Source of the DNA: a virus
Lineage: Duplodnaviria > Caudoviricetes
Virus record (IMG/VR): IMGVR_UViG_3300037657_000015
Location: 1 to 45,320 of that record
Reading direction: 5' to 3' (one strand)
Length of the DNA: 45,320 bases
Under the pieces are notes generated by a model. The model had not been told where the DNA came from. It saw only the letters and a program-made list of their open reading frames with translations, and did not search any database. Shown here one piece after another: positions 16,884 through 26,300 of the stretch (its first letter is position 1; each line of letters begins with the position of its first letter). The position numbers were made by a program, and so were the translations under genes.

Positions 16884-17627
16884 ATGAACGAGTATCGAGA
16901 ATTAGTACCAACAAAGAAAACGCACGTTCTTGTGTTGCGCAAGGTGAGTTCAAACATGACCTCGTATGGAGGGTTCAAGTGGCCGTCAAGCGGTCCAGTC
17001 GAAGCGCTGGATTGGGACAACAAGCCAAAATGCGGCGGCGGCTTGCACGGTCTGCCCTGGGGGGAAGGGTCTGTAGGACTGTTGGATGGTGACATTTGGA
17101 TGTGTTGCCTCGTAAATACGGATGATGGGTATATCTATGGAGATGGAGATCTCACAGACAAGTGCAAATTCAAACGCGCCGAAGATGTGTCAATCGGGAG
17201 CAAAGAAGAAGTTATCGCAAATATCGTAAAATATGCACCAAAAGGCGCTCGGGTCAATTTTGCCACGCAGACAGCCGTGGACAGGTCCACGCAGACAGCC
17301 GGGAACATGTCCACGCAGACAGCCTGGGACAGGTCCACGCAGACAGCCGGTGACTGGTCCACGCAGACAGCCTGGTACAGGTCCACGCAGACAGCCGGGG
17401 ACAGGTCCACGCAGACAGCCGGGAACATGTCCACGCAGACAGCCGGGAACATGTCCACGCAGACAGCCGGGAACATGTCCACGCAGACAGCCGGGGATGG
17501 AACTGTGCAAATAACAAGATGGTACGAAAACGGAAAATTAAAAACAGCATGCCGGATCGTTACGAAAGAACAGGCAGGCAAGACGTTCTTCGTAAAAGAC
17601 GGAGTTTGGACGGAGGTTAAAAGTTGA
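16884..17627 (+). CDS. Phage protein with CGGGLHG/WGEG N-terminal domain and 8-aa STQTAxxx solenoid-like repeats
   Basis: GGFKWP, CGGGLHGLPWGEG, KCKF and ten octapeptide repeats. Confidence 0.85.
   Translation: MNEYRELVPTKKTHVLVLRKVSSNMTSYGGFKWPSSGPVEALDWDNKPKCGGGLHGLPWGEGSVGLLDGDIWMCCLVNTDDGYIYGDGDLTDKCKFKRAEDVSIGSKEEVIANIVKYAPKGARVNFATQTAVDRSTQTAGNMSTQTAWDRSTQTAGDWSTQTAWYRSTQTAGDRSTQTAGNMSTQTAGNMSTQTAGNMSTQTAGDGTVQITRWYENGKLKTACRIVTKEQAGKTFFVKDGVWTEVKS
17262..17501 (+). repeat. Ten tandem 24-bp coding repeats
   Basis: Invariant CCACGCAGACAGCC core plus a 9-nt variable G-rich segment. Confidence 0.97.
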
Positions 17628-17836
17628 AAACCAATAACTACGGCGAACTGCTACGCGCGATCCGCGAGTTGCGCGGGTTATCACAGGCCACGGTTGCCGA
17701 ACGGCTCGGGGTGTCAGACGTGTACATATCGTTAATCGAGCGCGGGATGCGTGTTCCTGGAATCGATTTGCAAACGAAAATAAAAAAAGAGTACGGCGTC
17801 CGGGCCACGTGCCCGCGCTGCGGGAAGGAAGTGTGA
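17624..17836 (+). CDS. XRE-family HTH regulator
   Basis: LRAIRELRGLSQATVAERLGVSDVYISLIERGMRVP and a C-terminal CPRCG. TTG start with GGAGG RBS. Confidence 0.88.
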   Translation: MKTNNYGELLRAIRELRGLSQATVAERLGVSDVYISLIERGMRVPGIDLQTKIKKEYGVRATCPRCGKEV

Positions 17837-17839
17837 GTT

Positions 17840-18163
17840 ATGAGCGGTGGATCATTGGACTATCTTTACGTGAAAGTTTCAGACGCGGCAAGTGAGATTG
17901 AATTTGAAAGCGGATTCTGTTCGTGTGATTCAACTCCTTCACACAGACGCGCGTTCGCGAAACATCTTTTTCTTGTGGCAAAGGCTCTCAGATCAATTGA
18001 GTGGAACATGTCATGCGATGGAGACGGAGATGAACGAGCGAATATCGAGGCTTGCATAAACAAGTCTGCGGTAATCGAGGCAGCAATAGATCGCGCAGAG
18101 GTCGCGAAATCAGAACTTGAAAAGGTTATCGCGGCAATAAAGAAAGCCGATACGATTGATTAA
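17840..18163 (+). CDS. Hypothetical phage protein (MSGGSLDYLY type)
   Basis: MSGGS.DY start and IEW..S.D motif, as recalled from phage hypothetical proteins. Confidence 0.75.
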   Translation: MSGGSLDYLYVKVSDAASEIEFESGFCSCDSTPSHRRAFAKHLFLVAKALRSIEWNMSCDGDGDERANIEACINKSAVIEAAIDRAEVAKSELEKVIAAIKKADTID

Positions 18164-18176
18164 TGGAGTCAAGCCA

Positions 18177-18350
18177 ATGATTGACCAGGACGAAGAAGTT
18201 GAAATATGTAATGGCTGCGGAATCGAGTTCCGGTATAACCGCAGATACAACCTTCGCAAAAGCAACGGGTACTGTTGCCAATGCAACGACGACATGCAGG
18301 ACGTGGCCGATGATATGAAAATCCAGGAGCGAAAGGACGGGGAACGATGA
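18177..18350 (+). CDS. Small Zn-finger protein
   Basis: CNGC...CCQC. GGAG RBS. Confidence 0.65.
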   Translation: MIDQDEEVEICNGCGIEFRYNRRYNLRKSNGYCCQCNDDMQDVADDMKIQERKDGER

Positions 18351-18925
18351 ATCCGATAGCGAAAGCGATTGAGGAAATTGAGGCGGCGATACCGAGTGTT
18401 GACCAATGCGGGCGCGATGTGGCCGCGAACGAGTATATGTGCGGAATGATTCACGCGCTCGACATTCTGCGCCGCAACCTAACCGGCACGGCCATGGTGG
18501 ATGTGAACAGCCACGAGGAACAAGAGTTTTCATGCCATACATGTTCTATGAGAAGCGACAATGATGATGTCTGTATGTCATACGTTTCAAATGACGTTGA
18601 AGACGTACATATTATATCGTATTTTCTATCTCACACGCGTCCGGATTGGTGCCCGGCGTATGTTGTGAAAGGGGAATTAGCGATGAAATTCATAAAGAAG
18701 CCAGTTGAAGTCGAAGCTATGCAATGGACTGGTGATAATCAAGATGCTATCGAGATGTGGTCTAAAAATAAAGTTCGGTATATCGGTGGGGATCTCCTGG
18801 AGATAGTCACCTTGGAAGGAAACATGATTGCATCTCCAGGAGACTGGATTATCCGTGGTGTCAATGGAGAATTCTATACATGCAAGCCAGATATATTCCA
18901 AAAGTCATACGAGAAGAAATTATGA
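18347..18925 (+). CDS. Hypothetical protein; C-terminal KKPVEVEA...PGDWII domain with a possible internal start at 18683
   Basis: KKPVEVEAMQWTG...TLEG.M.ASPGDWII.G..GEFY.CKPDIF domain. AAGGGG RBS before in-frame ATG 18683. Confidence 0.75.
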   Translation: MNPIAKAIEEIEAAIPSVDQCGRDVAANEYMCGMIHALDILRRNLTGTAMVDVNSHEEQEFSCHTCSMRSDNDDVCMSYVSNDVEDVHIISYFLSHTRPDWCPAYVVKGELAMKFIKKPVEVEAMQWTGDNQDAIEMWSKNKVRYIGGDLLEIVTLEGNMIASPGDWIIRGVNGEFYTCKPDIFQKSYEKKL

Positions 18926-19050
18926 AATATAAAAAAGTGGTCGATAGTCCGTATGACTCGTTTGCGATGTGCCCGCTGTGTCACCAGTTGCGCGGAGATG
19001 GCCGGCCACTGCACGCGCCGGACTGCATCATAAATAGGATGGGGGATTGA
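18922..19050 (+). CDS. Small CPxC...H...C protein (42 aa, not in ORF track)
   Basis: MKYKKVVDSPYDSFAMCPLCHQLRGDGRPLHAPDCIINRMGD, with an ATGA overlap. Confidence 0.55.
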   Translation: MKYKKVVDSPYDSFAMCPLCHQLRGDGRPLHAPDCIINRMGD

Positions 19051-19054
19051 CATC

Positions 19055-19207
19055 ATGGGGAATAAATATTCTCATGTGTATTTCAAGTGCCCCGCATGCA
19101 ACGGGATACGCAAAAAGAAAATAGGTAATCCGAAAGATAAGAAATACAAGTGTCTGCGATGCGGCACGGTTTCGCACATGGGGAAAATTATCAAGGAGGG
19201 GAAATAA
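19055..19207 (+). CDS. Small basic Zn-ribbon protein (50 aa, not in ORF track)
   Basis: FKCPACNG...YKCLRCG. GGGGG RBS. Confidence 0.65.
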   Translation: MGNKYSHVYFKCPACNGIRKKKIGNPKDKKYKCLRCGTVSHMGKIIKEGK

Positions 19208-19209
19208 TC

Positions 19210-19458
19210 ATGAAAGCAATATTTTCAGCATTTGGCGGCAAGCTTGAAAGCGACATAGTGGATTTACCAGAAGAAACACCTTATATATTCACAATGTTAC
19301 TTGATATGAGTTATGTACCACGTGAAGTATTTTACGACAACCCATCACCAGTAGGGCCAAGAATAAAGAGAGGAACATTTGAGTTTAGGGGAGATTATGC
19401 TATGACTCCAAATAATCAAGGAATGGCAAAAGTGTATGTGTTGGTAGATGTATCTTGA
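19210..19458 (+). CDS. Hypothetical protein
   Basis: AAGGAGG RBS before ATG 19210. AT-rich. Confidence 0.7.
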   Translation: MKAIFSAFGGKLESDIVDLPEETPYIFTMLLDMSYVPREVFYDNPSPVGPRIKRGTFEFRGDYAMTPNNQGMAKVYVLVDVS

Positions 19459-19472
19459 AAGGAGGCCACGCA

Positions 19473-19859
19473 ATGAAGAATGAAAAAGGACAGCACGGGG
19501 AGCCGTGGCGATCAGTTATGTCTTGTGAGGCCGACAATGACTACATTGTAATTTATGACATACTTGATTGCAATTTTAATGAGATCCTATCAACCAACAG
19601 ATATGACGCAGAAAAAGACGATTACAAAGTATCTAAGCGCATGGATCGCGCCGCCGAATGTGTCAACGCCCTGGACGGGATGAACCCCGCAGACGTGGCG
19701 AAAATGAAAGATTACATCAAGGATCTTGAATCGGCCATAAAATCTCAGTGCTATTATAAAAAGCACTGTCCATTTTGCAACGGCGAATACGCAGGAGATG
19801 GCAAATTTGACCATGATGAAATTTGCATCATGCGCAGAATACGGGAGGCCACACAGTGA
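19473..19859 (+). CDS. Hypothetical protein, paralog A (MKNEKGQHGEPW...CVNALDGM)
   Basis: AGGAGG RBS. Shares two blocks with 20128-20442. Confidence 0.8.
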   Translation: MKNEKGQHGEPWRSVMSCEADNDYIVIYDILDCNFNEILSTNRYDAEKDDYKVSKRMDRAAECVNALDGMNPADVAKMKDYIKDLESAIKSQCYYKKHCPFCNGEYAGDGKFDHDEICIMRRIREATQ

Positions 19860-20131
19860 AACAATTACAAGCCAAGATAACTCCACATGGAATTATTGAA
19901 ATTCACGAAATGAAATTTGGTGGTGGACATCCAATAGCATCGTTTGCTCCAATGCAAATCATACAGAACGCAAAACTTGCAAAGTTGAACAGTCCTTATC
20001 ATTGGGCCATTTCGCAGTTAAAAATAATGGCTGAAATGGTAGATGACCGCATCGAAAGCGGAGGATCGATTGAATTTGTTGCAAAGGAAACAAGGCGCAT
20101 TATAGACGGAATGCAGGAGGCCACGCAATGA
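19856..20131 (+). CDS. Hypothetical protein
   Basis: GGAGG RBS and GTGA overlap. Confidence 0.7.
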   Translation: MKQLQAKITPHGIIEIHEMKFGGGHPIASFAPMQIIQNAKLAKLNSPYHWAISQLKIMAEMVDDRIESGGSIEFVAKETRRIIDGMQEATQ

Positions 20132-20442
20132 AGCATGAAAAGGGACAGCACGGGGAACCATGGGTTATGTACAGCAATCATATCTGTTCAGACAATAACG
20201 AATTATTAATGACGCCAAATGTTTATTCTGAAAGGGTAATTTCCTGTGTCAACGCCCTGGACGGGATGGACCCCGCAGACGTGGCGAAAATGAAAGCCGT
20301 GGTGGACGCTGCAAGGGTATCGGTTAGAAATCAGATTAGAAGGAAACAACGTGGATATGGCGGGCATCAGTGCGATGAAAAATGTATGTGTGATGTTTGC
20401 AGAATAAAACGCGCGCTCGACGCGCTCGACGGGGAGGGGTGA
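20128..20442 (+). CDS. Hypothetical protein, paralog B (MKHEKGQHGEPW...CVNALDGM)
   Basis: AGGAGG RBS. Shares two blocks with 19473-19859. Confidence 0.8.
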   Translation: MKHEKGQHGEPWVMYSNHICSDNNELLMTPNVYSERVISCVNALDGMDPADVAKMKAVVDAARVSVRNQIRRKQRGYGGHQCDEKCMCDVCRIKRALDALDGEG

Positions 20443-20444
20443 CC

Positions 20445-20591
20445 ATGAAACCACATGATCATGATTACATCGAGGCACAGGAATACAACGAGGCTGCATT
20501 ACTTGGATGTGTTATCGCTGTTATTGTTGTAGCAATAACAATAGTTGGCACCATTGGTTCATGGTACTACTTCTATTCAAAGGTTGGCTGA
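20445..20591 (+). CDS. Small single-pass membrane protein
   Basis: GGAGG RBS. Hydrophobic stretch ALLGCVIAVIVVAITIVGTIGSWYYF. Confidence 0.65.
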   Translation: MKPHDHDYIEAQEYNEAALLGCVIAVIVVAITIVGTIGSWYYFYSKVG

Positions 20592-20593
20592 AT

Positions 20594-20779
20594 ATGCGTA
20601 CACGCATTTATGCAATAAGCAAACGGATTAGATACGCATTGCGAGGACAGTGGCCCAAGATTACAATACAGGGACCAATGATGGTAAGGGTTAAATCTAA
20701 GCGCAGATGCCGCCAGTACAAACCAGAGTACATTACCGGGGAACCGGACAGGACTGAATACTACAAGATCACTTCATAA
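20594..20779 (+). CDS. Small basic hypothetical protein, last gene of the + arm
   Basis: ATG 3 nt after the previous stop. Weak RBS. Confidence 0.5.
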   Translation: MRTRIYAISKRIRYALRGQWPKITIQGPMMVRVKSKRRCRQYKPEYITGEPDRTEYYKITS

Positions 20780-20981
20780 GTCCGCGTTTCTGCGCATCGG
20801 TTCGGCTGATACGAGTTGCCTTTAGTGCGGCTGATTCGCCTTCATTATTGCGTATATCCTTAAACCGGTTAATCTCACGCTGAAATCTAATAATCGCCTG
20901 TACGGCGAATATAGCAATGGTTGTTACAGCAGTAACAACAGTCATTACGATACTCTGCCACATGAGTATTTTCTGTTCCAT
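20769..20981 (-). CDS. Small membrane protein, possible holin/lysis accessory
   Basis: N-terminal TM segment, basic C-terminus, last gene of the late arm, GGAGG RBS. Confidence 0.55.
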   Translation of the reverse strand: MEQKILMWQSIVMTVVTAVTTIAIFAVQAIIRFQREINRFKDIRNNEGESAALKATRISRTDAQKRGLMK

Positions 20982-21295
20982 CAGTCAAACACCTCCATCA
21001 CAATCATCTTTAAACGGGCCATGGCCTGCTCTGCGTACTTTTCTGCCACGTCCTTGGCCAGTTCCTGGTTGACAAGCTCAATGCTATTTAGAAATTCAAT
21101 CATTCCAGAAACAAGCGCATTCCGGAATTCATCTTCTTTGGCTTTCAGAATAGCCATGATTCCCTTTTCAACAAAGTCTGCACCCGCTCCTATGAATTCC
21201 ATAATCACGGGATCGAATTTAAATTCAGACAATTCGGGAACATCTTTGCCACGCGCCTTTTTAACTAACCTTTCAAGATTCCTTAATATGCTCAT
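20981..21295 (-). CDS. Hypothetical helical protein
   Basis: Translationally coupled in the late operon. AAGGAG RBS. Confidence 0.7.
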   Translation of the reverse strand: MSILRNLERLVKKARGKDVPELSEFKFDPVIMEFIGAGADFVEKGIMAILKAKEDEFRNALVSGMIEFLNSIELVNQELAKDVAEKYAEQAMARLKMIVMEVFD

Positions 21296-21513
21296 GCTTT
21301 GTTCTCCTTTTCATTTTTTTGTTTTCGACATTCGGGGCATGTGTGAGTTACCACGCCTCCGGTGACGGTTGTTTCCCATCCGTCATATTTCAGTCCTTCA
21401 AGGAATTCGTCAGATGTGCCGCGTTCAAAAACCCGAACAGTCCCACATCCGCAATCGCATTTCACTGCATACCTCGCATCCTTTGGAGCATCCTTACCTG
21501 TTAAAATAGACAT
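21292..21513 (-). CDS. Small Zn-finger protein
   Basis: CDCGCG...CPEC. AAGGAGG RBS. Confidence 0.7.
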   Translation of the reverse strand: MSILTGKDAPKDARYAVKCDCGCGTVRVFERGTSDEFLEGLKYDGWETTVTGGVVTHTCPECRKQKNEKENKA

Positions 21514-21526
21514 CCTGTTTTCCTCC

Positions 21527-21793
21527 TTATGTTCTGTTTAACAACTCTGTGATAAGTGCAGCGGTTAATGATAGAGATGCTATAAGCAACACGCCTACGA
21601 GCCACGAATAACGAGCATTTAAAGCCTTGTGCGTTGCGTCACAATGCGCTCTGGTAATAGCGTCTGATGCACATTTTTCCTGTACGCGCAAGCGGAATTC
21701 ATGATCGGCCATCACTTCAGTTCCGCGTTTCAATTCGCTGTGTATGGCCTTTACATTCCCTGCGATTTCAAGTAACAGGTCGTGATCATTCAT
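21527..21793 (-). CDS. Coiled-coil plus C-terminal TM protein, holin-like
   Basis: HEFRLRVQE coil followed by WLVGVLLIASLSLTAALI TM. Located at the end of the late operon. Confidence 0.55.
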   Translation of the reverse strand: MNDHDLLLEIAGNVKAIHSELKRGTEVMADHEFRLRVQEKCASDAITRAHCDATHKALNARYSWLVGVLLIASLSLTAALITELLNRT

Positions 21794-21840
21794 GGCTTGT
21801 ACTGGCCCCCTGGAATTTAGTGTTTTTTGAAATGATCAAT

Positions 21841-23373
21841 TTATTCAATCCATCCTCTAAGCACACACGTTGCCGGCCCGCTTCCAGCAGTTGCCGCTAA
21901 TCCAGACATGCGAATATCCGTCTTTGCTGGCAATGACGTCGGAATATCAAGGTTAACAGTAACGGCAGCGTTTGAAACCAACACTTCCGTATATGGGTAG
22001 AACAAATCACGCGTGTTATGTTTTTTTCCTGGTTCAATATTAGCTCTCGTATATATCCGTGCCGTCTGGATCTTTGCGTCATTCGGAGTGGCCCACGATA
22101 CAAATACGGAAGTTACATACAGCGTCTTTCCGGCAGGCACTGTATAAATAATACTCCTTGCGCGCGTAAATCCAGCAAGGATATACCCGTATGTTGTCCC
22201 TGCGCCATCTGCGCGTAATGTAAGATTACCAACCGCCTTAAGTCCAGATCCAACAGCGATAACTCGGAATGAGTTTAAGCGGAAAAAATTTGTGTTCACT
22301 GTGTCAACCGCTGTTAATCCGCTAAGCACTATAATCTCGCAATGTTCAGCATAGTCATCGTCAAGGTAACACGCAAAAACTGCCTGCGCTCCAGTCGTAG
22401 CAGACTTGTCAATTATGTTATATGTCCTTCCGCTACCAGTCCCGTCTTCACTGAACTCACCGGCAACAGCCAATTCAGTTGCGCTCGTTATTGCAGTCAC
22501 ATATCCGAACTCTGGAGTTGTACCGCTTGAATCAAGAATGATTAAATCTCCAACAGCAACTGGTGTACCAGCAGTGAAATCCTTACCAGTGTCAATAAGT
22601 GAAGTTGTTGAACCGCCTGTAGATGTTCCAGAAAATATCGATGTGCCAGCATCATTCGCGCTGCTGCTGACAACTTCCCATTTTCCCTCTGCTGATGGGA
22701 ACGTGTATACGCCAGCAGCAGACCATATATCAGATTCTGTTGTGTTCACAGTTGGGCTATAGCCTATCTTAGTGAATGGTGTATGGCCAGATACGTTCCC
22801 TTCCGCTATGTCCTGCAAGTATGTCATGGAGCTTACTCTGATTTTACCGTCTACAGATTTATTTGATTCCCATGCTGTACCAGTCCATCCCTTTAGTTGC
22901 GCGTCAACAGCACCGTCAACCGTAAGTGAGTTGCCACCGTCCTGCACATTTACCGCCGCAGCACCAGCACCGTTATTTATTGTGACATCACCAATATCAG
23001 TACCAGTAACAAGCTTTGCGTTTATCGCCGCAAGCGTTGTCTGCGTTGCAAAGTCTTTACCTGCAATAGTTGTTAGACTTGCATTCCCGCTTGTTTGTAA
23101 TGCCGCAGTCGCAGCACCTGTTGGCAATGCGCTGCTCTGAACATCAACATCAATGTTATTTGTCTGCGTCCCGCTGCAAGGGTCTGATACGTCTACCGTT
23201 CCAGTTACTGGAGTTGTACCGCCTGATCCTGTTCCAACGCCATACACATATAGCGGATTAGTAGATGTGCCAACATCTACGCCATCGTTATCTTTAAGCT
23301 GAACCCATGTTATTTTTTTGACCATTAAATTATATGGTCTTTCAGCGCCACCGCTGTTCTTAAGAATCGCCAT
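21841..23373 (-). CDS. Putative virion structural (fibre/spike-like) protein
   Basis: G/S/T/A-rich beta character with IAEGNVSG, VVSSSAND and YTVPAGKT motifs. Follows the ejection genes. Confidence 0.65.
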   Translation of the reverse strand: MAILKNSGGAERPYNLMVKKITWVQLKDNDGVDVGTSTNPLYVYGVGTGSGGTTPVTGTVDVSDPCSGTQTNNIDVDVQSSALPTGAATAALQTSGNASLTTIAGKDFATQTTLAAINAKLVTGTDIGDVTINNGAGAAAVNVQDGGNSLTVDGAVDAQLKGWTGTAWESNKSVDGKIRVSSMTYLQDIAEGNVSGHTPFTKIGYSPTVNTTESDIWSAAGVYTFPSAEGKWEVVSSSANDAGTSIFSGTSTGGSTTSLIDTGKDFTAGTPVAVGDLIILDSSGTTPEFGYVTAITSATELAVAGEFSEDGTGSGRTYNIIDKSATTGAQAVFACYLDDDYAEHCEIIVLSGLTAVDTVNTNFFRLNSFRVIAVGSGLKAVGNLTLRADGAGTTYGYILAGFTRARSIIYTVPAGKTLYVTSVFVSWATPNDAKIQTARIYTRANIEPGKKHNTRDLFYPYTEVLVSNAAVTVNLDIPTSLPAKTDIRMSGLAATAGSGPATCVLRGWIE

Positions 23374-26300
23374 TATCGTTTACCCCCGCGCCGTGACAAT
23401 TCCTTGTTTATTTCCCGGAGTGATTCCATGTCAGCTTCATACATTTCACGCGCTTCTTTTTCAGTCTTGGTTTGCAAGGCGTTTAAATATTTATATTTCA
23501 TATCCTTCTTGATATTTTCCATTTCCTTTTTCAGTTCATACATGGAATAGATTTTGTACTTTTCAACGTTTGCATGAGACAAGTCAATTCCGGCATAAGT
23601 TTTAAGCCGAGCCTCTTTAATGCTTCTCTGTGTCCCCGTTACCGGGTCTATCCTGCCCTGTTTCGCACGTTCAATGCGAGTGGCACCATATCCACCTGGG
23701 CCAGTCTCTACGCTGCCTATGGACTCTGGCATAAGCGATGGCATTAAAAGCCTGTATATATATTCCTTAAACGCCTTCCGATTGCGCGGGGAACCATTTA
23801 TCCCGCCCTTGTCCGGCATGATGTCTTGATTCCTAAAGTCTCTATTGTATCCGATGTCTGCCGCGGCCCTTATCAATGGTGCGTTAATAGGACTGAACGG
23901 ATTACTGCTTGAAGTTGCGGCTTGAACCATTCCAACGCCCCTGTAATAGTCGCTGAACACCATAGACATGTTATCAACGTATGGCAAGATATTTGTCCAG
24001 TCCCACCATGTGATAGAGTTCGGATCGCCTTGTTCGCCGCCAACAGGTACGGATGCTTTTACATAATCACCAACCCACGGGAAATCTACGCGAACCCAAT
24101 CCGGCAAGGCTTCGTATGATTCTTTTAGCGTTTCCTTTCCATACTTTTTACCTGCCGCGTATTGGATCCCTGCACCCATGGCCAACGGGAATAATGCGCG
24201 GTGCGGATTCCTTGCAAGCTGTTTAGCAAACATGGGACCAAACTTTGCATAAAACTTAGCGAATGGAGATCCGAAAAATGGAGTTTTTGTAAACGCGTTA
24301 AGCAGTGGTGATGCATCGGAATAATCAAAAAGGAATTCCTGTGCCTTTTTAACTGCGGCTTGCGCAGCAGTATAATCACCATTCTCCATCATGGCTTTTA
24401 CAGCAGACCAACCGCCGGCCTTTTCAATCTCACTGTTAATAATAAGCGCCTTGAACAGTGCTTCTTCACCACCATACACGCGCGCGGGAATGTCTATAGT
24501 TGCCTTTGCACCTTTCAATAAGCTTTTACCAACACCCTCGTCAAGTGTTGTTTTTAACATTGCAGACCAACCGCTGCCGCCCTTCATGGTTTTTTCAGCA
24601 GCAATAACGCGTTCCATTTTCGTTATGTATGATTTGACATCTGAACCGAATCCGGATTCAAATACACCAGTATCCTGCATGAGTTTGAACAGGTCTGAAT
24701 CCTTGTCCAACATTTGATTTATGGTGTTTCCCCAAAGTTTGAAATCAAGTGGATTTACATCCGCAAGGGTCCATGTTGAAATAGCATTCCACATTATATT
24801 CCGTGCGTGTGTTGAAGGGTTCCAAACTGTTTTGCTTGTCTTCCATGTCCTGTATAAAGTCCATTTTGAAATGAGATCAAGCATGCGCTCGCCCATGTCC
24901 GGCGCTCCAATTGTAGCGTCTATATCCATCTTCACGGAACGCTTAACATACATATTACGCATTGGACCATACATTGATTGATCTGGAATTTTAACATATG
25001 AAGAATCATCAGCAAGTTTTGCATTCGCTTCCCTTAATGCTGTCAGACCATCAACATGCCTTTGCTGTGCGGCAATCTTTTCCGGCGCAGAATTAGCGGC
25101 TTTCATCTTTCCAAGTGTTCTACTCTCTTCTAAAAGATGTGAATCTGACAAGAAAAGCTTTGATGTTTGTGGGCTTAGTTCAACCCTTGGGAAAAGGTCA
25201 TTCCATACCGTGGCAAGTTTGTTTATATCACCATCATTAAACATGGCATTCATATGCCGTGCCGTAATTAGGTCATAGCTGAATTCTGAAAGGCCGCGTA
25301 TCCCGGCCTCCATACTTTTAATTAAATGCTCTTCTTTCCACTCTGGTGTCATGTACTTGCCTTTTTCCCAAAACTTTTTATTCTGGGAAATTCCACGCTT
25401 AAGCAATTCTGACTGTTTTTCTGAAAGCGGAGATATGTTTTCCTTTAATACTTTACGTTCAACCTCTGCAACAAACTTCCTTGCCTCCTGGAATATGTAA
25501 TTACCTTTGACCCCACGTTTGTGTTCCTGGATAACTCTAACTGCGTCTTCCTGTGAAACTCCGCGAGACATCATATATTCTGCGATAGCATCACGCTTTG
25601 TTGCATCGGATAATACTTTCTCTCCGCTTGACAATTCCCTAATCATTTGTTCTTTAAGTTCAGTGTTGAATCCCTGTCTAAAAACACTATTCAATTCATA
25701 ATGTGCTTTAATGTTTAGTGCTTCAGCATCTGACAGTTCTGGCAATCTTTGATTCTGCCAATCAAAGCCCATGCGCAAATCATCTTTGCCGCCACGCATA
25801 CGTTTGAATAATGATTTGTTTTCATATTGGTCATAGTAGTATCTGATATAATTGTCGCGTATCTGGTTTGGATTTAACAATAAGTCTTTTAGTGCATCAT
25901 CAGTCATCTTATCACGAATCATAACGAAATCATCGTGCAGGGTTTTTTCTTTAACAGTAAGCGTAGCTATGTCACGCTTGCCGTCTACAGCTTCGAATAC
26001 GCGCATTGACATTTCATCATTTTCAATTTGACGATACAAAGGATCTGCCACATTTTCCATGAAATGTCTGAATCCAATGTTGCGGGCCATTCGTGTTCGC
26101 GCAACAATCTGGTTTGAATAAGCTGATGGAGCAACAGTCGTTCTGAAAAATTTTCCAAGCATTGTATCCTGGTCTACATTGTTAATAACCAGTCTGCGCG
26201 TTCGTGCTTCGGCTGCGCTAATCAATCCGTTTGAAACTCCCCAATCAAGCTTCGCATCTACTTTGGAAAGACCTTTAAGCCATACCTTTGATGCTAACTT

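Noticed and set aside
17262-17501. Repeat-spacer appearance suggesting a mini CRISPR array
   Set aside because: The 15-nt repeat and 9-nt spacer are too short, the spacers are related to each other, and the 24-nt period is in frame within a CDS.
17135-17581. Repetitive ORFs open in all six frames
   Set aside because: This follows from a stop-free 24-bp repeat. Only 16884-17627 has an RBS and non-repetitive flanking domains.
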